In this document: piece after piece, positions 40,212 through 49,711 of the stretch | Position numbering within the stretch: the stretch's first letter is position 1 | Layout: each line of letters begins with the position of its first letter | Origin: Bacillales bacterium UBA784 | GTDB lineage: Bacteria > Bacillota_I > Bacilli_A > RFN20 > CAG-288 | Length of the DNA stretch: 64,000 bases | Reading direction: 5' to 3' | Assembly: GCA_002297045.1 (NCBI GenBank) | Contig: DBJE01000013.1 | Coordinates: forward strand, 127,791-191,790 | Notes under the pieces: model-generated | Databases searched by the model: none | What the model was told of the DNA's origin: nothing | The model's input: only the letters and a program-made list of their open reading frames with translations | Translations under genes and position numbers: made by a program

Positions 40212-40244
40212 TATAAAAAAATGACACCCTGTTAAAGAGTGTCA
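40212..40244 (-). terminator. Terminator downstream of tRNA-Arg
   Basis: TGACACCCT / AGAGTGTCA stem (one mismatch) followed on the minus strand by a T7 run. Confidence 0.7.
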
Positions 40245-40252
40245 AGCCTTGA

Positions 40253-40330
40253 TGGTGGCCCTGAAGGGACTTGAACCCTTGGCCCCCTGATTCGAAGTCA
40301 GATGCTCTAATCCAACTGAGCTACAGGGCC
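40253..40330 (-). tRNA. tRNA-Arg (anticodon UCG), CCA encoded
   Basis: Reverse complement GGCCCTG-TA-GCTC-AGTTGGATTA-GAGC-A-TCTGA-CTTCGAA-TCAGG-GGGCC-AAGGG-TTCAAGT-CCCTT-CAGGGCC-A-CCA. Full cloverleaf, anticodon TCG (reads CGN, not AGG). Confidence 0.92.
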
Positions 40331-40406
40331 GCTTCTTTTTATTATATAGCAAACAGAAAAGCGGAAGAAGGGGAACGAAGCGTCTTTTCTCTATCAACCT
40401 ATATCA

Positions 40407-41038
40407 TTACTTCCAGAGTATATCGATTACATTTTCATAGTAATCGGTTAACCTAACCGGACGTTGTCCGATTTTCGGAATCTGAACAAAGTAGTTTGCC
40501 CTGCCCCAGAATGTACCATCCCGCCCGGTCTCTGTCGGGTAGTTCTCTTTGCTCATTTTGAACGTAAGAAAATAATTGCCGATAAGGACTTTTTCGATTT
40601 CTGTATCGTGTCGGTTTCCTCTTACCAATTGTTGGACACAAATCAGATTATAGCGGGTGAAATCGATGTCAGAGGCAATCCAAGCCTCGTTCCGACTAAG
40701 AAATTCCTGATTGAAATCTTTCCTTCCTGCCTCACTTGTCAAAATAACGGCCTGACGGGGAAAAGAGTAGGGATTGCAGCTTTTTTCTTCCCGGTTGCCG
40801 TCACTGTCTTTATAGGAGAAGAGATATTTTGTTTTTCAAATCTGAAAGGCAGATTCTGTTTCACCTTCGAGAAAAGCAGGGGATTCTGCAGCACTTAAAG
40901 AAGGGGTACTAAAAGCAGAATGTTCCCTCTCTCCTGGATCAGAGTAAGGATCACGTCCTATGTTGTGACAGCCAAAACCGCTTAAAGCAATAAGACAAAG
41001 GAATATCCTTTTAATAGCTGATTGATTTTCTTCGCCAT
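40407..41038 (-). pseudogene. Lipoprotein paralogue 2, with a frameshift near the start and an in-frame TGA
   Basis: A GGAAGGAGG RBS plus ATG at 41038 opens an 18-codon frame. The signal peptide IFLCLIALSGFGC is in another frame. TGA at 40836-40838 is followed by in-frame homologous sequence ending NYFVQIPKIGQRPVRL. Confidence 0.6.
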
Positions 41039-41172
41039 TTAATACCTCCTTCCCACACAAACAGAAGAAACCAATGGATAATGTTTGTCTTTCCCTTGCC
41101 CGAAAGTTGGTGCGACCAGAAAAGAGAAAAAAGACAAGAGAACGGAAATCAATATTTGTTTTTTCATTATTG

Positions 41173-41862
41173 CTATCTCCAATCGTTTTTTTCAATGTCT
41201 CCTGGCGCCTCTAAAAACAATGGCTTATTGGTAAGTGTTTTCGGAATCTGCAGAATGAAATAAAAGTCATTGAACTCATGAAAAGGATAACTATCGCTTT
41301 CTGTCATACTTAGGTTAATGACTTCATCGGAGATGTTTCTTGCGGTAAGAAAGGCGTTGCTAGTGTCTTCTTTTCCATTTGGAACACATAGATTAAGAAC
41401 GGCTGACATGGAATGCTTCGAATAAGGGACATGAAACGAAAAAAGAACGAGACTGTTTAACTCAAAGCCCGTTTTTGAAAGAATGATGTCTTTTCTTTCC
41501 AGGAGAAAATCAGGGTAATCCTGGGCAAGGGAATTTAGTCCCTGCCTAGAGGTGAGAAGAGTGGCTTTCGGAAAGTCGGAGTAGTGGCAAGTAGGACCTT
41601 TCTCCCCTTGATTGTTTTTTCTGTAAATGGATAGTCGATTTTAATCTCTTTAAAAGGAACATTGATGATTTGATAGAGCTGTTCACCACTACTTTGGCTA
41701 TTCCCGTTTTCCGATGACTGAGAATGGCTTTCAGGCAATGAATCTGACTCCATTTCCTTTATTAAAGAAAGATTGCTGTTTTCTTCCTGAGGCAAGCCAT
41801 CGCTGTTGATTTTTGTACAGGAAAACTGAAAGGCAGGAAATAAGGAAATAATCTTTTTTCAT
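41173..41862 (-). pseudogene. Lipoprotein paralogue 3, out of frame at an A6 tract after the ATG plus a second frameshift
   Basis: ATG-AAAAAA-G (41862-41853). With one A fewer the frame reads MKKIISLFPAFQFSCTKINSDGLPQEEN... and continues into track ORF 41535..41795. A further shift is needed to join 41173..41409 (…YFILQIPKTLTNKPLFLEAP). Confidence 0.6.
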
Positions 41863-42335
41863 AAAATATCCCCCAATAGTATTTTAGCAACCTATAGGTT
41901 ATTTAGTTTTCTAGGTATAAACAATTTTATCGGCTAATCTTAATAGAACACCTAGCAAAAGAAAAAGTTGGTAATTAACGGAAATAATGAAAACATTTAG
42001 TTTATCTTTTAAAAATAGGAAAGGCATAAATAAAAAATATGAATAGTCCAGATTAAAATGAAACGCTTTTAACAGGCAAAATGAAAGAACCGGAAACTTG
42101 ACGGAATCTCAACGAGTATATATAAAACGACATATTCAGCAAATGCGTATAAAGATGAGCAGAAGATCCTAATTCTTATTCATTTGTATCAAGGGATAAT
42201 TCTGATGGACAAATCTGCCAAAATACGAGGAAGGAATAGCTTCCATTCCTAACTATCCTTTTCTCTGCTAAAAAATGATTGCACAGAAAAAAGAGTTAGA
42301 CCGATAAGCAACTATAAAATGCTATCGGTTCTGTT

Positions 42336-43064
42336 TTATTCTGCAGCCTTGCGGTAGTCGATGCCCTGGAAGGTGCAGAGATCAGCATATTCACGGGCAA
42401 TCTTTAGTTTCTCTTCCGTATCGATTGTCCAGGCGTTGAGGAGGTGCTTCTTTCGGTAGGAAATCACTTTCTTTGTTTTGAGCCTGACCCATTCGATATC
42501 AACGGAATCGAAGAGATGGCGGAAAAAGAAGACATCCCTTCTTTGCTTTGCGATAAGTAGGGAAGTATGGATGCCGGTCTTTTTCCTTCTGATCAGGGAG
42601 CGGGGATCAAAGGCGATGATCCTGTACTTGCTCTTGTCCTTGATTTTCGAAAGCTCTTCTCTTGCCTTTCTAGCCAGCGGGCCGTTGTTTCCTTTGTAGG
42701 TCTTCAGCTCTACGACAAGAGGAACCTGCTCATTGACTAAGGCTAAGACTTCCTGGAAAGTCGGAATCTTCTCTCCGTCGAGAAGCCGATAACCGTCTTG
42801 GATTTCCTTGACGGTCCTCTCTTCGACAATCCCTTCTTTTCCGGTCACCCGTTTCAGCTCGGAATCATGGACGACGACAAGGCGGTTATCCTTTGTCAGA
42901 TGGACGTCTAACTCAATGGTGTAATCGTGGTCGATGGCATTCTGGAAGGCTTTCCTACCATTCTCCGTAAACTCTTTATTATGAAGACCCCGGTGGGCGA
43001 TCCCTTTGAAAAAGCGGGGGTCAAGCTCCTGAATCTGTTTTTCTTTCTTTGTCATTTTAGTCAT
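42336..43064 (-). CDS. glpQ: Glycerophosphodiester phosphodiesterase
   Basis: GIAHRGL, ENG..AF, ELDVHLTKDN.LVV.HD motifs of the GDPD family. Confidence 0.88.
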   Translation of the reverse strand: MTKMTKKEKQIQELDPRFFKGIAHRGLHNKEFTENGRKAFQNAIDHDYTIELDVHLTKDNRLVVVHDSELKRVTGKEGIVEERTVKEIQDGYRLLDGEKIPTFQEVLALVNEQVPLVVELKTYKGNNGPLARKAREELSKIKDKSKYRIIAFDPRSLIRRKKTGIHTSLLIAKQRRDVFFFRHLFDSVDIEWVRLKTKKVISYRKKHLLNAWTIDTEEKLKIAREYADLCTFQGIDYRKAAE

Positions 43065-44493
43065 CCTGGTCTAACGCGGCGAGTCCTTTCTTGAACGAAG
43101 TCTTTTTCGACTTTATATTCTTGACGAAGAAGAAGACGGCAAAGGAAACCAAAATGCAGACTAAGGCATAGACGGGGAGATACTGCCATCCGAAGCTCGG
43201 ATGGAGAAGAAGAAGGCCAAGAAGGCAGGGAGTGATCGTCTGTGCTGCCCTAGAGGAGGCATAGTAATAGCCGGTGAAACGGCCGATCTTCTTACTTGTG
43301 CAAAGCTCGACGACCATTGGGAACGAGTTGACGTGGACAAGGGACCTGCCAAGTCCCTTGGCAAACCAGACGGCATAAATATAGATGGGGAAGGAATTGT
43401 ATCCATCGGTAGGTACTTTGATTGGAAGGGAGAAGGTGAGGATGACCCAGATAAGAAGGGAAAGTGCGGTCAAGGATAGTCCGGAGACGATTGTCCATTT
43501 CCGGCCGATCTTCTCGGCGACTAGACCCCCTAAGGCAAAGCCGATGACGCTTCCTAGTCCTCCGAGAATAGTATTGATGCTTAGGCTCTTTGTGGAAGAA
43601 TGGAGATAGTAGAGTGTATAGTTCGACATAAAGGTTCCTATTCCGTTGTCTGCCCTGAACCAGAAGAATTCGGCGGCAAGGATAAGAATCAGCCTGATTT
43701 TGTTTGCCGTTGGCCTAGGCCCGTTATCCGTGACTTTGTTTTCGACGGCTGCTTCTTCTTCTCCCCGTTTCCTTTCCCCTTCCCTTTCTTTCTCAATCTT
43801 GTTTTCGTCGATGCAGAAGAAAAGGACTAAGGCGGAGATTATCCTCAAGACGGAAGCGATAAGGAAGGGAAGCTCCACTGCCCAGATATTGCCTGTCGCC
43901 CAGGTTTCCTTATTGTTAGCCCCTAAATAGTCGGAGAGGACAAAGACCCTTCCGACGATCGTGGCAAAGGCGCCGCCGATATAGCCCATGATGTTGATAA
44001 TCCCATTTGCCTTTGAACGCAAGGGCTTTGGTGTCCTATCCGGCCTTAGGGCAACCGCAGGGTTCCGATACATCCTCATAAAGAAAACGACAATTGCCAT
44101 CATGGCAATCATTCCTCCAATATTGTTGTAATGGTAGAAGAGAGGAATGAAGGGGAAGGCGACGGCAGAGACAAAGGTTCCTACGAGGATATAGGGCCTA
44201 CGCTTTCCTATTTTCGTATGGGTCTTATCGGAGAGATGACCGAAGATAGGAAGCCTAATCAATGCGGCAAGGTTATCAATCGCCCTCCTTAATCCGACTA
44301 GGTACTGTACTTCCTCGCTCTTGTCCGTCTTTAGTGCTTTCTTAAAGGCCTCAGAAAGAAGAGGGGAACACCAGGAATCATAGACCTGCCAGAGAAGGAG
44401 GATTCCGAAAAAGGCAAAGCCGATAATCCTCGTCCGTCTGTAGTTCAGTTTCAGCTTCTGCGGCTTCTGACTGCTTTCGATTGGTTCAGCCAT
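43057..44493 (-). CDS. MFS transporter
   Basis: 12 TM with a central charged loop. ATG 44493 lies 6 nt after AAGGAG and is preferred over track start 44517. Overlaps glpQ by 8 nt. Confidence 0.8.
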   Translation of the reverse strand: MAEPIESSQKPQKLKLNYRRTRIIGFAFFGILLLWQVYDSWCSPLLSEAFKKALKTDKSEEVQYLVGLRRAIDNLAALIRLPIFGHLSDKTHTKIGKRRPYILVGTFVSAVAFPFIPLFYHYNNIGGMIAMMAIVVFFMRMYRNPAVALRPDRTPKPLRSKANGIINIMGYIGGAFATIVGRVFVLSDYLGANNKETWATGNIWAVELPFLIASVLRIISALVLFFCIDENKIEKEREGERKRGEEEAAVENKVTDNGPRPTANKIRLILILAAEFFWFRADNGIGTFMSNYTLYYLHSSTKSLSINTILGGLGSVIGFALGGLVAEKIGRKWTIVSGLSLTALSLLIWVILTFSLPIKVPTDGYNSFPIYIYAVWFAKGLGRSLVHVNSFPMVVELCTSKKIGRFTGYYYASSRAAQTITPCLLGLLLLHPSFGWQYLPVYALVCILVSFAVFFFVKNIKSKKTSFKKGLAALDQDD

Positions 44494-44580
44494 GATAAGC
44501 TCCTTTGAAATATACATCTAAAATTATAATGGTTTTTCTTCGGAAAAGAAGAACCGTTTCTTATCAGGAGAGTGACAAAA

Positions 44581-45216
44581 CTACTTTGCAAAGACTTCTT
44601 TGGCTTTCTTTGGCAACTCATCGATGGCAGAGATAGGATTCCTGTCGTCCTCTATCTTTCCAAAACCATAGGCGGCATGGATGAAAAGAACCCCGGCATG
44701 AAGGGATTCTGTCCTGTCTTTTTTGGTGTCTCCGATATAAATGACACGGTCGATTCTTTCCTTCTCTTTCCTGATTTGGATATTTCTCCATTTGGGAAGA
44801 TTCGTGTCCCCGGCACAGAGATGTCCGGCGAAAAGAGTATTGAAGTGATAGGAATCTAGATAACTTTCAATGTATCCGACATCCGCATTGCTGATGACAT
44901 AGAGAGGGTATTCTTTTCTTAGCTCCCTTAAAACCTCCTTTTCCTTCGGATAGAGCTTCCCCGGCATTTTGTAGAGAAACTTCACTTCATCTCTCACGCA
45001 GGTCCGGAAAGTCTCTAACGCCTTATCCCTCTCCCTTCCAGGGAAGGCGATGGGCGCCGTCTCTTCCGGAGTCAGCCCCCTATGTCCTTTGATATCCTTT
45101 TCCGTAAAGGAATAAGGAAGATTTAGACGTTTCCTTGTCCTATTCCAGCTCTTTGTGATGGAACTGACGGCATCCCATAAGGTGCCATCTAAGTCAAAAA
45201 ACAGTGCTTTTTTCAT
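44581..45216 (-). CDS. HAD-superfamily hydrolase
   Basis: Motif I FFDLDGTLWD, motif II VISNA, motif IV YIGDTKKD. Confidence 0.85.
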   Translation of the reverse strand: MKKALFFDLDGTLWDAVSSITKSWNRTRKRLNLPYSFTEKDIKGHRGLTPEETAPIAFPGRERDKALETFRTCVRDEVKFLYKMPGKLYPKEKEVLRELRKEYPLYVISNADVGYIESYLDSYHFNTLFAGHLCAGDTNLPKWRNIQIRKEKERIDRVIYIGDTKKDRTESLHAGVLFIHAAYGFGKIEDDRNPISAIDELPKKAKEVFAK

Positions 45217-45532
45217 TGCTTGTTCTCTTTTCGGCTTCCATTTTACACGAAAAGGACAGGACAGGCCTATCCTGTCCTTGCCTTATCTTAGAAGGAAATC
45301 AAAGAAGCTCCTTCTTCTTTTTGCCGAAAATTCCTCCTACGTTATCGGGCCCTGTTCGGGAAGACCTTAAAGGTTTTTAATAATTCACATTTATCCCTTT
45401 CCGATAGCGTTTTACTTTTGGAGTTAAGCAAGTTTGCTGCTTTGAACTCCCAAGTTCTTATCGGTTTCCTCCTAAAGAGAGACGGACAGGAAGTTGACAA
45501 AGAGAAGAAAGGTGATGTTGTGGGTTAGGTTG

Positions 45533-45572
45533 ATCAGGGAGGCGCTTAAGATATCAGGGAGGCTTTTAAGAT
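45533..45572. repeat. Two adjacent 20-bp direct repeats
   Basis: ATCAGGGAGGCGCTTAAGAT (45533-45552) is immediately followed by ATCAGGGAGGCTTTTAAGAT (45553-45572), with 18/20 identity. Confidence 0.8.
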
Positions 45573-45768
45573 AAGGAAAAGGAAACCAAAGAAGAGAGGG
45601 GGCAATCCTGGAAACTACGATAAGGATAATCTTTGCTTAGACGGAATAGCCTTTAATAAGTAGGCATAGGCAACAATATAAAAAAATAAGATTGGTATCA
45701 TAGAGGGAAGTCAAGGCAATGGAAGAGTAACTCATGATTTTCTTGGCGGATGTCTGTTTTGACTTAGT

Positions 45769-46026
45769 TTAAGCCGGATAGAGGGCCAATAAAGTAACTA
45801 GTCCGATACAGACTAGCCTAAAGAGGAGGGTGGTTATGCCAAGCCTGCCAATGGGGGCAGCGACTTTCCCTATGCTGAAGCTGACAATGCTGACGATGGA
45901 AAAAGCGATGAACATCCTGGACGGAAGATAATGTTTTTTGTAATTCCTGTTTTCCGCCTTTATGGCTAAATGATATTGCAAACGCGGAAAGAGAGAAATA
46001 GGAATCATCTGTATGACTGGAACCAT
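45769..46026 (-). CDS. Hypothetical small membrane ORF (may be a gene fragment)
   Basis: 85 aa with two hydrophobic segments. Further hydrophobic, stop-interrupted reading frames lie downstream (45480-45768), suggesting a decayed membrane-protein gene. Confidence 0.3.
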   Translation of the reverse strand: MVPVIQMIPISLFPRLQYHLAIKAENRNYKKHYLPSRMFIAFSIVSIVSFSIGKVAAPIGRLGITTLLFRLVCIGLVTLLALYPA

Positions 46027-46173
46027 GGGTCTATGTCAAAACTGGGAGAACTATGGAAGAATTTAAAGATATAAGGCAGAGGATAAAATGTAAATTTTTG
46101 TAAATTTTATAGTTGTCTAAATAAAACAAACTATAATTTTGGGCGGAAATATTGTAAACACGGAGGACTATTT

Positions 46174-47916
46174 ATGAAAAAGGGTTTCATTATTGCCATT
46201 GCTGTCTTAAGTACGGCTGTCTTGGGGACTTCTATCGGCCTTTCTGCTTCTGCTCTTGCTATTGCTTCAAATGCTAAGAATAATGCATCAGTTGCCGGTG
46301 AAAAAGGCGACAAAGGCGACACCGGTGCGGTTTCCTATTCCAACACTATTCTTCCTTCTGAAAACGGAAAAGTCATTCCGAGTGTCGGCAGTGCGCTTGT
46401 TGGAAGCGATGTAACCTTTACCTTCGTTCCGGATGAGGGTGCAAGACTCGTCACTGCTGATATCTATTCCAATGGAAAGCTGACTACCTACCATGTCGGT
46501 TATGACAAAGAAATCGTTAATGATACAATCACTCTTCCTAGGATTGCCGGCGGATATGTCGTAAAGGGCAATTTCGATGCCAGCAAGGCCAGCGTCTTTA
46601 ACGGCGGTGATGGCAGTGAAGAATATCCATATCTAGTCGGAACAGAGGATTTCGGCAGCATTGAGGGCTATGTCAGTGCTGAACCGGAAAGATATACTTA
46701 TTTCAAGGTTGAAAAGCCGAATCAGAAAATTACCGGTTGGTCAAAGTTTATTAATCTGAACGGCAGCTTTGATTTTAATGGTGCTTCCCTCGATAATTCT
46801 AAACAATTCTTGTTTAACAAAATCATTGGAACAAAGGACAATCCGGGCAAGGTTTCGAATCTGACCATTAATAATCCGTCTATTTCGACCGGTGGTTTTG
46901 GTAGTGCCCTTGCGTTTTGCCCGGATGGAAGTGTGACACTTGAGAATGTCCATATTAATGGTGGATCCGTGACTACAACTAGTGGCGCCGGATCTTTCTT
47001 TGGCTTTATCCAGGCCTCCGATCATAGGGACTGGGAAGGAGCGAACGAAATCAATTTTGTCAATTGTTCTTCCAGTAGGTCCATTACCGGCTCTTTAAAC
47101 AGTATTGCCGGTTTTGTCGGCCCGGTTCGCTTCTCAAATGGAAGCATTAAATCCGGCTTTAAGATTAATATTCATGTCGATGAAAAATCCAAATATACGG
47201 GCAATCTTATTTTTGTGAATCCTGATAGTTCGAAAGTCTTATCGGATGAGTCGGATTATGTTATTGCCGATGATTGGTATGGCATGGTTCATAATAACTG
47301 CACGGTTACTGTCGATGGCGCCGATCAATTAGCTGATGTAACGAGCAAAAAAGCAACCGATAACAATTCGTATACTATATACAATTATAAGAAGAATAAG
47401 ACTAGGGCTAAAAACACAGTGTACAATACTACCGACGGGAACGAAAACTCTGCTTATAAAACTGATATCAGCACTTTTAAAGTAGCAAAGGTTTCTACTG
47501 CTGTAAAAGCGGTTTCTTCTATTGTCGTCGGTGTGACAGAGGCGAACTATGTTGCTAATAGGACCATGGATGACTCCCTGACATCCACAACCGAAGACGG
47601 AAAGGAATACTTTGTCACTTCCAAAGCTAAGTCTTATAAGATTGGTATCAATGGTCATTTCTATGATCAGAATGGAAATAAGATTACTTCCGGAACTCCG
47701 AACTGGACATTAACAGCCTCTAATGCCAATAGTTTTACTATCAATGGGGATTATCTGATGCTTCAAGGTGCTTCAGCTACAGAGGAATCCTGGAAGAAGG
47801 CTTTCGGCTTATATGGAGCTAAGGCTGTGGTCACTCAGTATGACAAAGATGGAAATGTTGTTGGATTGACGACTATTGCTTTTGCTAAAAAGTCTGCTTT
47901 TGAAGATCTTCAATAA
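46174..47916 (+). CDS. Membrane-anchored surface protein (short collagen-like GxxGxxGxx, Ig-like module, beta-helix/GLUG-like region)
   Basis: N-terminal TM anchor IIAIAVLSTAVLG, GEKGDKGDTG, repeated GGFGSALAF / AGSFFGFI / IAGFVGPV motifs. ACGGAGGA RBS. Confidence 0.75.
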   Translation: MKKGFIIAIAVLSTAVLGTSIGLSASALAIASNAKNNASVAGEKGDKGDTGAVSYSNTILPSENGKVIPSVGSALVGSDVTFTFVPDEGARLVTADIYSNGKLTTYHVGYDKEIVNDTITLPRIAGGYVVKGNFDASKASVFNGGDGSEEYPYLVGTEDFGSIEGYVSAEPERYTYFKVEKPNQKITGWSKFINLNGSFDFNGASLDNSKQFLFNKIIGTKDNPGKVSNLTINNPSISTGGFGSALAFCPDGSVTLENVHINGGSVTTTSGAGSFFGFIQASDHRDWEGANEINFVNCSSSRSITGSLNSIAGFVGPVRFSNGSIKSGFKINIHVDEKSKYTGNLIFVNPDSSKVLSDESDYVIADDWYGMVHNNCTVTVDGADQLADVTSKKATDNNSYTIYNYKKNKTRAKNTVYNTTDGNENSAYKTDISTFKVAKVSTAVKAVSSIVVGVTEANYVANRTMDDSLTSTTEDGKEYFVTSKAKSYKIGINGHFYDQNGNKITSGTPNWTLTASNANSFTINGDYLMLQGASATEESWKKAFGLYGAKAVVTQYDKDGNVVGLTTIAFAKKSAFEDLQ

Positions 47917-48032
47917 CATAGCGACGGATAGGAGGATTTTACTTTTGGTTCAATCTCTATTTAGTTGAGAATCTCTTTCCTTTTTGATATCATTTTGAAG
48001 TTTTCCGTCACTTGAAAGGGTTAACGAAAATC

Positions 48033-49709
48033 ATGAAGCTAAACTTGAAAAGTAAGTCCTCGTCTGCCTTTGTCTGGTCTCTGATTTATGGTGTCTGCGT
48101 ATTAGTTTCCGGCTTTCTTCTTGACACTTCCTTTTCTAATTTTAAACTAATTTCCAGCGCCAGAAGTGTCCTGAAAATACCTGCCATCAACGCAAGCGCC
48201 CGCTCCTGGCTTGTCTTAGTTGTTACAACGGCGTGGCTCCTTCTTTCCTTCTTTACTATCCTTCTGGAAAAGAATGCTGCTGAGAAGAGAGGGAAGAGCC
48301 TTTCCGATAACCGCTGGTTTGCTATTAGCCTTTCAACGGGAATCGGTCTGTTCATCCTTAGGATTCAGCTAGATATTCTTGCCCTTGTTCCTTTAAAACT
48401 CAGCTCTGTCCTTCAGGCCCTGATTTTCTTAGGAAGCTGCTATTTGTTTGCTTTGCCGATTTTCGTCATTTCCGCCGTTATTATCGCTGCCCTTTATTTC
48501 TTCTTAAAAAAGGCAATCCATGATGGAATTACCGATGAAGAAACCTCTCTTGATTCTTTGATTGAAGGCGGCAGCAACACGACAACAGAAGGAGAAGAAA
48601 CTATGCAAACCAAAGAAGAAGTATTCCCTGGTCTATGCTTTGTCGATACGAAATTCGAAAATGCTAAGCCGTCTGTTGTCCAGGATACCGACATTACTCT
48701 GAAAGACTTTGTCACCCGTTTCAGACTTTATCTCGCCCAGGAAGAGAAACTCTATTTTGATGAACTTGTCCTTCGGGAATTTGTTGCCGGAATGGCTTCC
48801 AGTCATCTTCTGATTCTTGAAGGCCTCTCCGGAACAGGTAAGTCTTCTCTTGCCCGGTATGTCTCAAAGTTTATCGGAGAACAGTCTTATTTCGAGTCCG
48901 TCCAGGCTTCCTGGCATGATAATACCGCCATTCTCGGTTATTACAACGACTTTTCCAAAAAGTATAAAGAAACTGAGTTCCTTAAACGGTTATATGAATT
49001 CACTTATCGTCCCAATGATGTCAACATCATGGTTCTCGATGAGGTGAACATCTCCCGTATCGAGTACTACTTTGCCGATTTCCTTTCCATCCTCGAATAT
49101 CCGACCGACCTATGGAAGGTGAAGATCAGGGAGCTTCCTTTTGGCTTTGTTCCTCCTTCTCATCTGGAAAACGGATTTGTGCAGATTCCTAAGGGTACCT
49201 GGTTTATCGGCACTGCGAACAAGGATGATTCCACCTACACCATTACCGACAAGGTATATGACCGTGCTATTTCCATATCCTTCAATTCCATTAATATCCC
49301 GTTCGAAGTCAACGAAAAGATTGATCCTATCCATATCTCCTATCCGCATCTTGTTTCTAGGTTTGAAGAAGCTAAGGGCAATATGGCTAACTGTCTGAGC
49401 AAAGAAGACATTGGAACCTTCCAAAAGATTACGAATTATATTTATCAGACCTTCGATATTGCCTTCGGCAACCGTGTCTGGAACCAGATTATCACTTTCG
49501 TTCCTGTCTTTGTCGCCTGTGGCGGAACCAAGCTTGAAGCATTGGACTTCCTTCTTGCAAGAAAGTACCTCTATAAACTCCAGGGACGTTATGAGAGTTT
49601 TATCAAGCCGGGACTTTTAAACCTTCAGAATAGGATTGCCAACACTTACGGCGAAGGAAACTTCAAGCAGACGAATCGTCTGCTGGAGAACATGATTCAT
49701 AAGCTTTAA
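48033..49709 (+). CDS. Membrane-anchored McrB-like AAA+ NTPase
   Basis: About 165 N-terminal aa contain 4-5 TM helices, followed by an acidic linker and an AAA+ core. The core has Walker A GLSGTGKSS (48822-48848), Walker B IMVLDEVN (DE at 49038-49043) followed by ISRIEYYFADFLSILE, and WFIGTANKDDSTYTITDKVYDRAISISF. This matches the McrB pattern DEINRAN..KVFGEL..L..IGTMNTADRS...D.ALRRRF. Confidence 0.75.
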   Translation: MKLNLKSKSSSAFVWSLIYGVCVLVSGFLLDTSFSNFKLISSARSVLKIPAINASARSWLVLVVTTAWLLLSFFTILLEKNAAEKRGKSLSDNRWFAISLSTGIGLFILRIQLDILALVPLKLSSVLQALIFLGSCYLFALPIFVISAVIIAALYFFLKKAIHDGITDEETSLDSLIEGGSNTTTEGEETMQTKEEVFPGLCFVDTKFENAKPSVVQDTDITLKDFVTRFRLYLAQEEKLYFDELVLREFVAGMASSHLLILEGLSGTGKSSLARYVSKFIGEQSYFESVQASWHDNTAILGYYNDFSKKYKETEFLKRLYEFTYRPNDVNIMVLDEVNISRIEYYFADFLSILEYPTDLWKVKIRELPFGFVPPSHLENGFVQIPKGTWFIGTANKDDSTYTITDKVYDRAISISFNSINIPFEVNEKIDPIHISYPHLVSRFEEAKGNMANCLSKEDIGTFQKITNYIYQTFDIAFGNRVWNQIITFVPVFVACGGTKLEALDFLLARKYLYKLQGRYESFIKPGLLNLQNRIANTYGEGNFKQTNRLLENMIHKL

Positions 49710-49711
49710 TT

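Noticed and set aside
45533-45572. Possible CRISPR or other repeat array
   Set aside because: There are only two contiguous 20-bp units with no spacers. No other repeat-spacer structure was seen anywhere in the window.
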